NCBI GenBank assembly: GCA_022813965.1
Contig: JALDZS010000102.1
Location: forward strand, 1 to 64,000
Source of the DNA: Toensbergia leucococca
Lineage: Eukaryota
Length of the DNA stretch: 64,000 nucleotides
Direction of reading: 5' to 3'
Below the pieces are notes generated by a model. The model saw nothing but the letters and a program-made list of their open reading frames with translations, made no database searches and was not told where the DNA came from. Position 1 is the stretch's first letter. Each line of letters begins with the position of its first letter. Positions 9,501 through 22,717 of this stretch are shown one piece after another. The position numbers and the translations under genes were made by a program.

Positions 9501-11713
9501 GAAAAGCAGAAACTCTTGAGAGTCTTGCTGTCCATAGCCAGAGAAGGACGGTCCATATCTACCAATGACGTTTTTGAAGTTTCGGGGAGCGATTGCAGAA
9601 ATGGCGTTTTCGCCATAAATTTCCTGCAGCAGCGAGGCATATACCTTTGCAACTTGGCCGTTGTGAGACAACGGGTTATTTGGGTTCAGTTCCTTTTTGT
9701 ACTTCTCCTCTAGAATAGCATGTTAGTAGGTGTAACAATGTAGTAAGTTGCTTAAGAGCTTGGAGACTCACGAAGGAAGTACTGTGTCAATTCTTCGACA
9801 CTCCGAACGCATTGTAATGCCGAGTTCATATAGCAGGTATTGCCTAGGTTACTCAATCCCGTAGTTCCTCGAGTACGGCCATTTTTTTGTTGGCGTCCTC
9901 TAGTCATCATCCCGCCTGGCGCGGGACTTGTCCTCCCACTGCCAATATTTGCTTTAGGCTTGAGTTTGTCTTGGACTGTGGTGACACCGCTTTTTGTGAT
10001 GCTGATTGGCACACCGTTCTTGCTGGCTTGTCGACTTGCAGCATCAGAAACCCATTCCCCACCAGCAGGACCACCAATTTGCTCTTCTAGTACAACAACA
10101 TCATCTTGACGAAGTCCAACGACGTCCAGACTCACATGACCATTATACTTCTCATTATTTGTTTCATCTCTAGCGTCAACGAGTTCACGCTGTGAACCTA
10201 GTTGTAAACTGGCGAAAGTATTGACATCCAGGACCAGTTGATCTCCTGAATCCACGGGCACGATGATGTTGGGAGCTGGGGAAGAACTGCGAGATTGGGC
10301 TGGTGTGATTAAACCGGCCTGAGCACCCTTTCCAAGTCCTCCTAAGATTCTCCAGAGTCGCACTTTTGTCTTAAGCTCTACGCCAGCCAGTTTCTTTACT
10401 TTCTTCAGAAAGGTCTGGAAATATTCAAGTCTGCTCGCCAAAACTTTGATGGGGGCCGCATTCCTCTCCTCCAAGACCTTGGCTGTTACGCCTGCGCTGT
10501 TGTCTGGTAGCTTCAGAATGGTGAAAAGTGGAGGGTTCAGCTCGAATTGTAAATTTTGCACAACCTCGCTCATACTCGTATTATGGCAGTACCTTGTGAT
10601 GACAGGAGATCCCTTAGCCAACCCGTACCACTTGATTATAAGATCCCAGGCATCTTGTGGCACAATCTCAAAGTCTTCTGATATTTGTAGCCCTGGCTTC
10701 AGCGGCACGTATGGTTCACCGGCCTGGTCTTTAAAGTCGTGTGATGAGGGATCCAATATCAAATTGATCCCAGTGTTATCCACAGGCCCAATCGGTCCTT
10801 CTCTTGCCTCCTTGCCACACTTTTCTGCATCTTGGACATTGGAGCCCCTTGAAAGAACCCGGCCAAGCCACTTCATGGCGACAATATATCCTTTCTGTCC
10901 TTCTTGTGATTGCTGCAAAACTAAGTGCCTGACCCGGGAGATCTGTTCGTCAATCGAAGGAAGGTCTGCAGTTTGTGTGCTTGCACTCGACACTGCCCCA
11001 GCCTCCTCCCCAATCATTGCAGTAGATGCCGTGGATGATATGCCACTTCGCGGGGTAAGGTATGCTCCATTCTCAGATGTCTCGGCTTGCTCATTGCTCA
11101 ACATATCGACGGATAATTCCCTCCTATGTCTAACACTTTGAGATAGCTTCTTTGGGGTGGTCGAATAAACGATAGGGGCGTTGGAAACAACAGATACCTC
11201 ATCAGGCGCTTGAGACTCCGTCGAGTCATCGTCCTTGCTATGAGATTGAGTATTTGTCTCTTCCATCTCAGAGGCTGGTCGCTTTGCAGCAGGTGACGAG
11301 GATCTTCCTGCCAAAGCTTTGCTGTTCCGTAGACTCAGAGGAGCCGAAATGCCAATTCTATCGAGCAGCCCCAAACTATCAGAACCCAACACGTCGGCAC
11401 TACATTCACTCTCCAACGTCAAACCAGCGTAAGCCGCACTCGGTGAGCTTGCGGTTGTGCTCGATATTTCAGATATGGGCGAAGTCCCTTTTCCAGCACC
11501 CTCAAAAAACAAGTGCTGAGGAATGAAGCGAGGTGGCGATGGGGAAGACGTAAGGTTAGTTGCCAAATCGGGTAAGAGAATGTGGGTGGGAGACGAAGAT
11601 CGTGTTTGTTCGCTGACAGGAGAGCTTGAGGCGTTCAACACTGGCTCACGGAGTTGGAGTCTGGTCTCGGAGGTGTGTGGTGGGGAAAGCTTGCGCTTCT
11701 TTGTGGAAGACGT
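6565..11713 (-). CDS. UBP12: Ubiquitin carboxyl-terminal hydrolase, USP4/11/15-type (DUSP + UBL + split UCH domain), Ubp12-like
   Basis: Cys box GLSNLGNTCYMNSALQC, QQDSQEFL, WYCPRCKEH, and His box [20 protein letters not shown] followed by AYLLFYRR. DUSP motif GPIGPVDN. Introns at 9710-9771 and 7350-7402 (GT-AG) join the three ORFs in frame. The start is uncertain: first in-frame ATG is 11266, candidate ACG is 11713. Confidence 0.93.
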
Positions 11714-12288
11714 GATGGAGACAGGCAGGCTCCAAGGCCTGCTGAACAAGGCTGGTTGCTTAAAGACTGTTTGGAGGGTACGACATGTGCGTATTGAAAA
11801 GAGGATTGAATTTCGTTGGATGGGAAATCTGGTCTTGGCTAGAGTAAGAATTTTCGTAGTGACAGACGCACACTTGTATAAGCAGGCGGTCTATATTTGG
11901 TGAATTTCTGGAATGTGAAGCTGTGGTTCGCCAAGCCTCGGTGGTGTTGCATGGAAAATGGATACCTGCACATCTCACCGCAACAGTTTACTACTCACTT
12001 ACTCCGTTCTTCACAATGAGATAATCATGCTGTGTTGTTGAGCCATATATTGGTGAAGCTCCGGAGCTGCCTTTCCCCCGGTGGTGATTTCTGAATCATT
12101 CTTTTATCCCCTGTGCGCACATCACACGTGCTCTCGAGGGATCCAATGTCGCCTACGAGTATTACAAAATCCAAGTACTCTAGATTACATGTTGTTGCTC
12201 AAAACCTCACGACGGACATAACCCACGTATCGCAGTACTCTTTCTGCTCGCCTTAACCTCGCTTTTCGGCTCGCCCAATCGTTGACAA

Positions 12289-13245
12289 TCAAAGCATAAA
12301 TGCGCCAATCAGTAAGCCCATTCCCAACAAAGCTGGGGCTTTTGCTCCACCAACAGCACCAGCAGTAGATGTTGACGCTGTTGCGCTGCCGCTTTTGGTA
12401 CTGGTCGCTGTAGAGCCACTTCCTCCGGTGCTGCCCTGCGTTGCCTTCGAGGTACCAGTGCTTGGCCCAGTCGTCTTCGTAGTACTACCCGATGAAGTCG
12501 ATGTGTAGTAATAACTCACAGCTGTCTTGTTACCAATGACATCGACGCCTCCCGTACTCGTGCCAAGGGATATTGTGGATGATGCAGACCAGTTGCCGAT
12601 GAAGTCTGGAAAATCCATACTGGGTGTGGGAACAGCACAATAAGATGAGGATTCTGCGCTGACGTATTGTACTGGAACAAATCCGCCGTCACTGACCGAC
12701 TCGCCATGAAGTCGTGCACATTCCATGCAGCTATAACCAAGTCTTCGTTAGTACCGTGATATCGCTAAACGCCTCTGGAGATGAAGGTGTATTTCATACG
12801 CATCTAAATTTTTCCACACGGCTGCGCCAGAGTCTCCACAAAGACACTTTTGCTGCGCTGCCGGACTATCCTCCGGGACACTTCCGTTCGAGCTTGCATT
12901 TCCAGAATAAATACAGTCATACAACAGCACCTCGAAAATGTTGCATGGGAAGGCTAGATCGGGATCACCAGTGGAGTTGGTCGGAGCGCAGACAGATGCG
13001 ATATACTCATCCTCGGCAGTGGGGCCTGAGTCAGCCGTGGAAGAAGCGTAACTACTGCCGGAGGTCTGTGTTCCGTAGGCACTTCCATAGTATGCACTGG
13101 AAGCAGTCGCGGAGCCGTAAGAGCCACTGGCAGCGGTCGCTGGTGACCCTTGCCCAACAGTATCCTGACGAGGCTCGACAAAGAGGGCAGAAACACTTAG
13201 GGAAGAGGAGAATGCCAAAATCGAAAATAGCTGTGATGAATGCAT
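12289..13245 (-). CDS. Secreted GPI-anchored Ser/Thr-rich cell-wall protein with a Cys-rich domain (Mcl1-N-like pattern)
   Basis: Signal peptide MHSSQLFSILAFSSSLSVSA. Cys domain C..PC...C...QQKCLC...ACMECARLHG is joined across intron 12731-12799. A Ser/Thr stalk and hydrophobic C-terminal GPI signal (ALLGMGLLIGAFML) follow. Confidence 0.82.
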
Positions 13246-13998
13246 GATTGCTGTAACGAAGAACTCCTGAAGAATGCAATTTAGCAACGTAAAACGAGAG
13301 TCTTTATTAATGCACAAGGAAATATTTAGATGTCAAAGAAAGAGAAAGACAGGAGGAAAAGGCAGCGCGATATATCAACGCGTCTCCATTCCGTCTTGGC
13401 GGGCTGAGTTCTAGGCACCAAAGTCGGTCTACGAAAATGGCTCCGTGATCCTGCAAAATCGAATCCGCATCACGTAAGGAGGTAAGGTTACGGAGTAGAT
13501 CAAAAAGAGATGCTAGCGTTGAGAGCTGAGCCTTGGCGGTCAGTACTTGCAATTTCTTTGTACTTTAGGTACGAGCGAGCGAGGGTACCTACCTTAGCTG
13601 AGCCTTCGGTCGCGCCGCCTAAAAATAAACCATCTCAATTAGAATAAGGATTTTGCACTAAGCCCTCGGGGGCATTATGCATTATTTAAGTCTTCAGGCA
13701 AGGCTATTTCTTTTCACAAGGCACTCTACTCTCAAGACTCTGGCGCGCAGCAACCCCAAATGGTTCCGCAGCAACAAAATTGAAAGGTCATAGGTCGAGT
13801 TACAAAGTACGTAGGTACTTGACGCTTAGCATGCCTTTTAACCAAAGAATCTCCAACATGCCTCCAACCATCCCGTACCTTTCCATTTCCTAATTGAAAA
13901 CGTGTCCGGCCCACCAATGACCACATAGTCATATCCAAACGCCTTTCATCGCTCCTCATATTCGTAGCAGCTTCTGTGCCTCCTTGAAGATCTTTTGC

Positions 13999-15643
13999 TC
14001 AGAAACTAATCCACCATAACGTCCCTAGCAGACTACTAAGTACCAAAGCTGTAAGGATACCTGCCCCAGCCTTGTCCCCGCCTGTTATTACACTCGTCAG
14101 ACTCGGGTCCGCAATTGCACTTGTGTCTCCTCCACTCCCAGCATTCGGATTCCCTTGGCTCGTGCCCCCCGTGTTCCCGGTGACAGGGGGAGCGACCTTC
14201 TGTATCAGGTTGGCCTGAATTACAGATAATGCAGACATCTGCTCGCCGACCCCGTACTTCCCATCCCACGTTGCCTGGGTCCATTTCCGACCGCAGGTGA
14301 CTCCGTCTGTTCCACCGTCACACTGGCTTGCCGCTCCGGCAGCCGAGGCTCGGAGTTTCGTCATGATATAATTAGTGGTGAATGGAGCCATTTGAGTTGT
14401 GGCGGCCATCCACCGAGAGAGGTAGGCTTTGAAGGAGGGCTGATCGTTATCGCAGCTTTCTTGAGGTTCACACGCGACTTCGACCATTATGTTATTATCG
14501 CCGTAAGATGGGAAGAAAACAGCCGTTCCATTAAGGAGCCCTTCAACGCGGGTACCCCATGTGGAAGAGCCATTTGTCTATAAAATTCGGAGTCTCGATC
14601 AATATGGTTCTCCACTAAAGTGGGAAAGAGTTCACCTACGTAGTTGTACATGTACGCAGCACCCATCAAAAAGGTACCGGCATTATATGTCCATTGTAAG
14701 TGATCGGCCTGTGTGCAATTCAACTCCGTCGCGGAGCCATCATAAATATAGTAATTCGAACCAAAGAGTGGTGTTGTCTCCATCCAGTCCCAGGTCTTCT
14801 CTGCCCACTGTGCATAAGTGTCATTACCAGTGTATCTGGCAAGGCGTGCAGCTAGCTGGAAAAAGCCTCCGTTTGAGATGCTGTTCTTGTAATCATAACC
14901 ATTGTTGAAAGTGAAAATTTGCCACCGAAGTCCTCCTCCGCAAGTCGATGTGTCCCACCGGCTGGCCTGTAGATTGAAGACTGCCTGGGCGAGTGATAAC
15001 CATGAAGGAGCCTTTCCAGTTGGGTCTGGGAACCTGAACTCAGCTGCCGAAAGAGCTGCGTAGGCCCAAAAAACTTGATCATCGTTACCCTATTGCACGG
15101 TGAGCTGGTGTCATTACAAGCCATAAGAGAGCATGAGTCTCCGAGGCCTGGCTAAGACCTCAACAGTTGCAGACTATCCTACCTCGGTTTTTGTTTGATT
15201 TGGCGGCATATAGTCGTTCCCCGGGCCGACTTGTGCCAACAGCCCTTGTGTAACGACATCATTATAGGTGTCGTCGCCAGTATAGTACCAATATTCTACC
15301 ATTTGTCCAAACATGGCCCCAGCTTCCCACCAGTAATATGGCGACGGTAGGAGCCCGATGACCTGGTCGGTCTCATTGCCATGATAGTATTTCATCATAC
15401 CGTATGCGACTGTGCTTGCGGCGGCTTTGATTGAATCTGCGAACCAAAGGACTCAGCGTTAGCGGCATGTCCGTGAGGGAAAAGGTTGAATGACACTCTT
15501 GTCACTGGACGAAGACCATAGATGTTTTGCAAGATCTTACCAGTGCTGGAGAGATCCAAATTGACGGCTTGCGCCAAATGGCTACTGTATATCAGAGCGC
15601 CTAAAACTCCAAGCCATGGGAACTTTTCGAACGAGAGCAACAT
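13999..15643 (-). CDS. DFG5: GH76 mannan endo-1,6-alpha-mannosidase/transglycosylase, Dfg5/Dcw1 family, GPI-anchored
   Basis: [10 protein letters not shown], the E-GNDDQ catalytic motif spanning intron 15090-15182, [32 protein letters not shown] and GVGEQMSAL. The C-terminus is [10 protein letters not shown] plus a hydrophobic tail. Three GT-AG introns. Confidence 0.92.
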
Positions 15644-16474
15644 CGTCACGTAAAGCTAGGTTCCTTCTCCTGCAGCCCAGAAAGCGCCGGTTAGATGTCG
15701 CTCAGACCAAATTGGGCAGATGATTATCGTGACATAGAAAAGTTGCCATAAATATTCGCGCTTCTGTTGCGCGAAGTAGCATGAGAATATGTGGACCTCT
15801 TAACAGTTATCTTCAGTAACGTTGGACACGTCGGCGCAGTAGGTATTCTCTGTTGGATAGTCGACCGGATGAAATGAACACATTAACGAAAGACTGAGGA
15901 CCTTGGCACGCTTGGCCAGCGACAAGAGGCACAGTGAGGGCAGGGTCTATTACGTAATGATCACCCCCAAAGCGATGCAAGATTGCAGCGAAAGTGGAGG
16001 CTTGATGGGAGATGGCGTCAAATTCCTAATTAGAGTTGCGGTGGCTGTCAATTTTGCGAAAGGGGTTCGGAGCGGGGTGATCCTAGCTCAATCTTGGCCG
16101 CTCGTTCAAGGTACGAGTCAAGGTACTCCGAACCAGACCACTGGATCACGAGAATGCCCCCTGGTGCCCCAGTCTTACCCGTAGGCAAGTAAGGTGCTGA
16201 CGGTTGCCAAGGGCAGGCCCGAGTTCAGAATCATTTCCACTCCGACTTTTAGGCGTGTAACTATATTAACGCTCACTCCCTAAGTTATTGTTTTAAGGTA
16301 TAACCCTCAAAGCATCTATGCCGTTGAACCATGAATTGAGTGATTAAGGTTTTGATATTTGACAGCCGTAATAAAGTACAGCTTCCCCAGCCCTGCCATG
16401 GATCATAGGTCTAGTGAGTAGTCTTTTACTCTGTCCATATCTCGGAAACGCCGTAATGCATCATTATGGCTTTG

Positions 16475-18685
16475 TCACCGACCCTCGATCTTGTCCACCT
16501 CCTCCTTCGCCTCCCTCCATGTCTCAAGGTTCTTTTTAGCCCAATCTATGTGACACTTTGCATATGCAATCTACGCATCAATCAGCACAGGCATCTTAGC
16601 AATGAATAGTAAGGGGAGTGTACCATATACCGCTTGAGATCGTCTTCTTTCTCAAGTTGGAATCTCTTGAGATCCTTAAGAACCCCGGCGCTCGCGTCTT
16701 TGACATCCTGCTCTACAACACCGAGTGCTTGCTCCAGCTGCTATTTGATTAGCAAACGTGAAAATTGTAAAAAAGTCCAAACCCGGTGTGTCTGCCGTAC
16801 CTGCACTAGGCTTTCCTTGGTCTTGCCAATCTGATCCCTCCTCGTCCGTTCTGGATCAACATCAACAATACCATGTACGGCATGACTTATTCGCCCGAAG
16901 ATTTTGTTCGTTACAAAACCCCCGCTTTGACTCTTCCGGTGGTTGGCAGTTGGTGACGACGGATCTTGTTGTTGGGGTCCATGCGAGGCTGATGGTGGTG
17001 ACCATGGCGGGTCACCATGCGTTGGAGGAAAGTCGGAATCGATGGAAGCGGTGTCTTCGACATTACCCTCTTGTCTACCGCGGCCAGGAATGTCAGAGCT
17101 ACTCCTAGCGGAAGCTGAGGAAGTCGAGCGCCTTGGTGCGCTTGGCGCACCTGTGCTACTAAGATATTGTTCAATCCTATTAGCTTCTAACTCGCTTCTT
17201 TCCAGCGACTCGAGCAGCTGCCTCTTCTTGTACAGCTCATCTTTTGTCATGTCTTCTTGCACTCTTTTCAGCACCCTGAATCTCAAAACACTGCGTACTA
17301 CACCTGCGAATTGTGCGCTTTCACGCATTGGCTCAGCAAAATTTGCACCTAACGTGGAAGACAATTCTTCGGTCGCAATGTAAGAAGAGTCCACGGCCTG
17401 CCCAATTCGCTCAATTGCAGCAGCTACAGTCGGAGACTGCTCAGATAATGAAAAGCCGTTGTATCTTGCGCCAAGTTCCGCCATGTCTGTTGAAAGAGCA
17501 GACAAATGTGTTAAGGTTCGACGATTTACCTTCTCTATGTTTCCTTGTAGGAGCAGCTCAAGTTCTCGGGTCGATGATTCAAAACTAACAAAGTACGGAT
17601 CAAGATCTTGTTCGGATAAATTTTGGGAGCTGGGGGGAAAGCGACCAAAGACTTGTGGGCCGGGAATGGTATGTGCGGCTGTCGAAGCCATGATGGAAAA
17701 GCTAGGAGGCGAAGAAGGGGTTCCGCTCGAGGATACACTCGACGCCGATCTCAGCTTAGCTGAAGATGAAGGAACTGGAAGCCATTGATGTGCAGGGGTA
17801 GGGTTAGAGGGATCCAATGGAGGCGCTTTCATATTGCTTTTCGGAATTGACATAACAGGGTGAGAGTGTAGTACCTCGCTCTGGAAAGGAATGTCAGTTT
17901 TCTTGCCGGTCTCAATTTGTTGCGTAAATCCTCACCCAGCTTGCATTCGGATCTAGAAACCTCCACCAGACACCATCCTCTCGAACTTCCTTCATCTTCC
18001 GGCAACGATTCAGGAAAACGCCAAGCATCCTTTTCCGCAAGTCTATAATTCCCATATCCTCTTTTGCCTTTGTAGGCTTTGCAGCATAGTCTGCCATTGT
18101 ATGTTTCTCAGGGATGGGGGGAATGACGAGTGTAGGATGCAGGTTAACGAGCGAAGCCCGCAAGGAACTGAACTCGGAATAGCGACGACGAACTTCTAGG
18201 TCCTGATAATGATTAGTCTGACTTCATGCAGCAGAAGTATCTACGGAGCAATCTACCCCGGTCCTGATTGTGTAGACGATGTAACTTCCTCCGCTTTCAT
18301 TGTTCTTCCCGGCGTCAGTAATAATGATCTGAAGATCTGGGTTCTCATGTAAAATCTGCTCAATACGGCTATCGTATCCTCCCCTTTTCTTTGGAAGATC
18401 GCCAGGGCTTCTCTCTTGAGTGTATTCGTCCTCGTCATCGTCGCTCAAGTCTCGCGGGCGGGAAATGAATTCTGGGGGATCATTTGCTGGCGAGGGATTG
18501 TCGGTAGGAGGAGCAGCTTGTTGTTCATATCCTGATTCATAATGATTGTCAGGAAATCGTGGTCAACGTCCCATCTTCACCTTATACTTACGCGGGTCCG
18601 GTGGGCTTGGGTCGGGTGTCTCAGATGTCGATGAGTCGCGGCGGTCAAAGGAACCGTAGGGATTATTGTCCTCTTCATTCCACAT
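16475..18685 (-). CDS. ATG20: PX-BAR sorting nexin, Atg20/Snx41 family (autophagy/endosomal sorting)
   Basis: N-terminus MWNEEDNNPYGSF. PX domain IIITDAGK..SYIVYTI, VRRRYSEFSSLR..L..LHPTLVIPPIPEKH, RKRMLGVFLNRC. BAR region ELGARYNGFSLSE and DVDPERTRRDQIGKTKE. Several GT-AG introns; the protein ends WREAKEEVDKIEGR*. Confidence 0.88.
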
Positions 18686-19242
18686 GTTGTAGAGTAATTT
18701 TTATTTGATGTACTACCTTAGAAAGTCCTCCCAGACATTGTCGGTGCTGATTTGGGGCACCTGATACACTGATGATCGAAGTGGGATACCTTACTTGCCC
18801 GAAACCATGATGACGTTTCGGATCGGATCATCTTTCAATCGACCTCGTGCTCTACTCCTTCCTTACCCATATTTCTACCAATTTATTCCCTCTGGTCATA
18901 CTTAGATTGACAATGTTATGATTGGATGATCTGATTAGAGGTTGAGAATATGCTTACTGCACGAATCTGCAAATGCTATTCTGAACAGTACCTACCTACG
19001 GTTTTACCTACCAGAGATGCTATTTGTCGCAATTTCTGCATTATTGGAACCATTGGTGATTGACTGAAATAATGGGAAGTATGGTGACATCTCTCAGAAG
19101 CAGTGCCCTGTCTCGCGTTGTGTGAGTACGGACGGCTCTTTCTCTAATGCACTTTATCACTGTCCATGAAGATTGGAATTGTTCCCAGCAAAAATCGCCA
19201 ACGCTTGATGCACAAATCTCCAGAATGAATTTCGCAAGCTTC

Positions 19243-19905
19243 TCATCCTCCCGAATGCCTGTTTCCATTCATAGCTCGTCTGATATCCCGCCATGTGTAA
19301 TCCGTTTCTTGTCTAAGATTAAGATTCCTGTCCACGCGCATCGTCCGACCCTGTCTTTCTGAAGATTCATCGGTAATTGTAGATACTTCTGGCTTGAATG
19401 AACGGATGTTGACTGGGGCTTCATTCGAATGTCCGAGTGACGAGATGTCGCTCTGCACAGTACCTTCTGGTGAAATGGATCGGCCGATCGGATTATCAAT
19501 AGCCAAGCCCGGATGCCGTCCGGTAGCGATTTCGGAGTTGAAAGAGCTAAAAAGTGGCGAGCAATAGGGCGACGTCCGTCTACGATCTTCACTTGCAGTT
19601 GTTATACTGCGCGAAGGATTCCATATTGATTTGGGGTTGGTATCAATCGATGGGAACGGGGAGTTCGTTCCATCCAGCTCGAGCGACCGTCCCCTCAAAG
19701 ACTGTGCTTTACTGATATTCGCAACTACGGAAATGGGAGGTCGATATAGGCTCGAGGCCGCATCAACATCTACATTACCTCTACTCCATTCGTGCCAGGG
19801 CTTAAAACCACCTATGTTCTCTGGAATGATGTCAGTGAGTAATAAATATGCATCGTCAGGAGTCTGGTTCGTTGTCCAAAGAGAAGGAGGCAATGACAGT
19901 TGCAT
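19243..19905 (-). CDS. Hypothetical Ser-rich ORF, possibly part of a disrupted gene continuing from 20323-20685
   Basis: 220-codon ORF with no recognisable family. Neighbouring frames are open for long stretches but interrupted by stops. Confidence 0.3.
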   Translation of the reverse strand: MQLSLPPSLWTTNQTPDDAYLLLTDIIPENIGGFKPWHEWSRGNVDVDAASSLYRPPISVVANISKAQSLRGRSLELDGTNSPFPSIDTNPKSIWNPSRSITTASEDRRRTSPYCSPLFSSFNSEIATGRHPGLAIDNPIGRSISPEGTVQSDISSLGHSNEAPVNIRSFKPEVSTITDESSERQGRTMRVDRNLNLRQETDYTWRDIRRAMNGNRHSGG

Positions 19906-20322
19906 GCAACACAGAAAGGGTTCAGGAAGTTCTGAGAGATATACTTTGAGAAGTCATTTGTTTTGCATACCGGCTTTCTCTACTCCTCCATGTTTCCCGC
20001 GTTCCAGAAGACTCGGTGTCTGAATCAATGGTCTGGCTTGAACCTAAATACACCGCATCGGCTCGAGAAGGCGAGTTGATGGAAGATTCATCATTTTCAG
20101 TCGCTAAAAGCTGGCCGAACGTATCATGACGATATGTGTTGTTGGGAAAAGTATGCGACTCTTGTGTCTCCGAGTCTGCTGGTAACTCCTCTCGACCTCG
20201 AGATCGTGCGTTCTTATCGAAGCCAAAGTTTTCTGGGTGATATATACTGTCTTTTCAAAGCTCTCTGTTAATATACTAGATCTATCACAGCGGCTTGAAG
20301 AAATACCATGTAGTCTCTCCTT

Positions 20323-20685
20323 CTACTCACCAAGGTTATTTCTTCCTTTGGAAGGAAACTTCAAATTGGTGCAACCCAGTCCTCCGATACCTCGTTGCGA
20401 ATGTTTGTCTTTCGGATATATCTCGCTGTCTAATTCTCTCTTCATCTTATATCTATAGATCCGGTAAATCAGAAACGGCGCTACACCAATCAATAAGACT
20501 CCCAGTACGACAGTGAGGGCAATGATGGTATTTGTAGAAGAGGTTGATCTTGGCTTTTGCGATTGAGTATGGGAGACCAGGGATGAAATTGCTGGAGACG
20601 GAAGACCAGGGTCTACAGGAATAGCAGGCTCGAACGAGTTTTGGCGACTGTAGAGCTTATTGCGAGTGGCAGGCGTGGGAAACAT
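20323..20685 (-). CDS. Hypothetical single-pass membrane protein (possibly a fragment)
   Basis: ATG-started 120-aa ORF with a clear TM helix IIALTVVLGVLLIGVAPFLIY followed by basic residues RIYRYKMKR. Confidence 0.45.
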   Translation of the reverse strand: MFPTPATRNKLYSRQNSFEPAIPVDPGLPSPAISSLVSHTQSQKPRSTSSTNTIIALTVVLGVLLIGVAPFLIYRIYRYKMKRELDSEIYPKDKHSQRGIGGLGCTNLKFPSKGRNNLGE

Positions 20686-22009
20686 CAGTTCTGGAAATGT
20701 AACGTTTCTCTCCTGGATATCGTTGTCACTGATTGAGTCAAGCGACTATGGCATTGGGGTTGAAGCTCGTTCTTGCAGAAGCCCTAACTTTTCATCTGTC
20801 AATACTAGGAAATACCGACTAGGCTCACAACACCGCTAATCCTTTTATCATAGGATGTCATTCTTTTCGGCAATGCCAACGCATTTTGAGCACGACATAT
20901 CACAGCAGGTCGGTGATTGCTATCTTGTATGTCGGGCCCTTAGGGTGATCTGACACTGCACTGCAAAGATATCGCTGCCGTTTTACTCTGGCAAACACGT
21001 CACTGGACTCGCCTTCTTGGTTGGACAAACTTACGGCTTCATTCATTGCCACCAGGAGGACTCGGTTCATTGCCAGTTGAGATACAATTTCACTTCACAC
21101 AATCTTCACGTAGTACTCAGAGCGTTGGTCTTCCGAGAGAAATTGATGAGCTACATATTCGTTGGAAAAGTGCTGTTTCTCTTTCATTCCTTGATGCCCA
21201 ACATCCGTCCTAAAGATCAATCTTGTGACACCATGCAGACAGCCGAGCTCCAAATATCAGATGTTTCCATGATTCTACGACCACCTGATCAATGGCATTG
21301 GGCCTCTAATGCAAAGGCGCGTTTGCCTATCATCTGAGACGTTCACTACTATCCGGGATCTCGTTGAATATCCTTAGAAAGTAATGTCAGGCCACTGGAT
21401 TTCGGTGCTGGACTTCTGTACCTGGAATCAAACGGGGACGCTGCTGCGAACTGCTGGCTTTCATTGTTTAGCAACGGATAAGACAGATAAACATCGAAAA
21501 GAACTTGATGCAAACAAGATAGCGGCGGCTTCGAACCGCGATATCAAACACACGGGAACTGCTCACCTTTGCAATGCCAACACCACCAGTTCGACCTGTG
21601 CTAAAAGCCTTGTCGTTCTGTTTTACTTTGCTGACTGTAGCAGAATCCGATTGATTCGAACCCTCTTGCAACTCAGCATCCTCTGCGTTCACCTGCACTC
21701 GTGGGTGCAAGAAGTCGCTTAATTCCGAAGTTTGGTCATCACACTTTTTCACAGAGTAAAGAAGAGACTATTTCTATGACAAAAATTGCGTGCGAGTTGC
21801 AAAAGTGCCTTCTAGATGTAGACATTCATTTCAGACAGGTGGAATGGAGCTAAGATCATCATCCTGGTACTTATGGTGGTCAATTCAACCAATTGATTAT
21901 CTGATGTTTTAGGGGACCAAAAACTATATCGGAGCTATCATAGATTTTTACACCTGCGAGCGCCGGGCTCATCTGAGCCGTTGTGGTCAATTGCTGGGCT
22001 GGCGACTCT

Positions 22010-22717
22010 TCATGACATGGCACCTGCTCTCCGTCGATTCTCACGGCTCATATCAACAGCACCCGAAGTATCGCCATAAATGGACTTCTTAGCCGCCGGA
22101 CCCATTTCGATGTCCTCGATTCCAGCGATTCCCCGCGGTCCTTCGCTCCTAAGTCTTCCTCGCTTTCTCCCGCTCCTATCCCCATATCTCTCTTTTCTCT
22201 TGTTGCGCCGCGTACCTGATCTTGTACTCATCCTACTTGTCCTCTCCTTCGCTCCTATTCTAATTTTGTATTCGTTTCGTGCCTTTCTGATTGACTTTAT
22301 CATCCAAATGAAATAAGATAGTGCAACTACTAATGCCAATCCCGCAAAGGCCGCTGCAGCAATCACCCATCCTCGTAAATTGTTTCCCCACGTTCCCCAC
22401 GAACTTTGCTGGTAAGCTGAATCACTCCTTTGTCCAGCATTGGGCGCCTGTGTTGGAACGACCTGTACGAGCATAGCTGTGGTAATTGGGATTCCGGAGG
22501 AGTCAACGAGGAGCTCATTCAACTCGGTCAGGAATAAGATTGGTAAAACAGATGTATAAGTGGTTGTTTTGGTGGTGTAGCTCAGTGCCTGCGATTCGGA
22601 GAACAATGGCAAAGTAAGAGAGATCACCTGCCCTGAAGTGCCGACGGTGGTTGTGCTCAAGGTAGTTGTCATAGTGAGACCCCAAACCGTGGGTGTTTCC
22701 AAGATCGAGGAAGCCAT
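22010..22717 (-). CDS. Hypothetical single-pass membrane protein, 235 aa, Thr-rich ectodomain and Arg-rich tail
   Basis: ATG in good context (aagATGgc), Thr-rich N-terminus, TM WVIAAAAFAGLALVVALSYFIW and a basic cytoplasmic region. Confidence 0.6.
   Translation of the reverse strand: MASSILETPTVWGLTMTTTLSTTTVGTSGQVISLTLPLFSESQALSYTTKTTTYTSVLPILFLTELNELLVDSSGIPITTAMLVQVVPTQAPNAGQRSDSAYQQSSWGTWGNNLRGWVIAAAAFAGLALVVALSYFIWMIKSIRKARNEYKIRIGAKERTSRMSTRSGTRRNKRKERYGDRSGRKRGRLRSEGPRGIAGIEDIEMGPAAKKSIYGDTSGAVDMSRENRRRAGAMS

Noticed and set aside
21468..21752. ORF with FSTGRTGGVG resembling the DUF3602 STGRGGAGN motif
   Set aside because: The match is imperfect and single, the start is not ATG, and no convincing gene structure exists.
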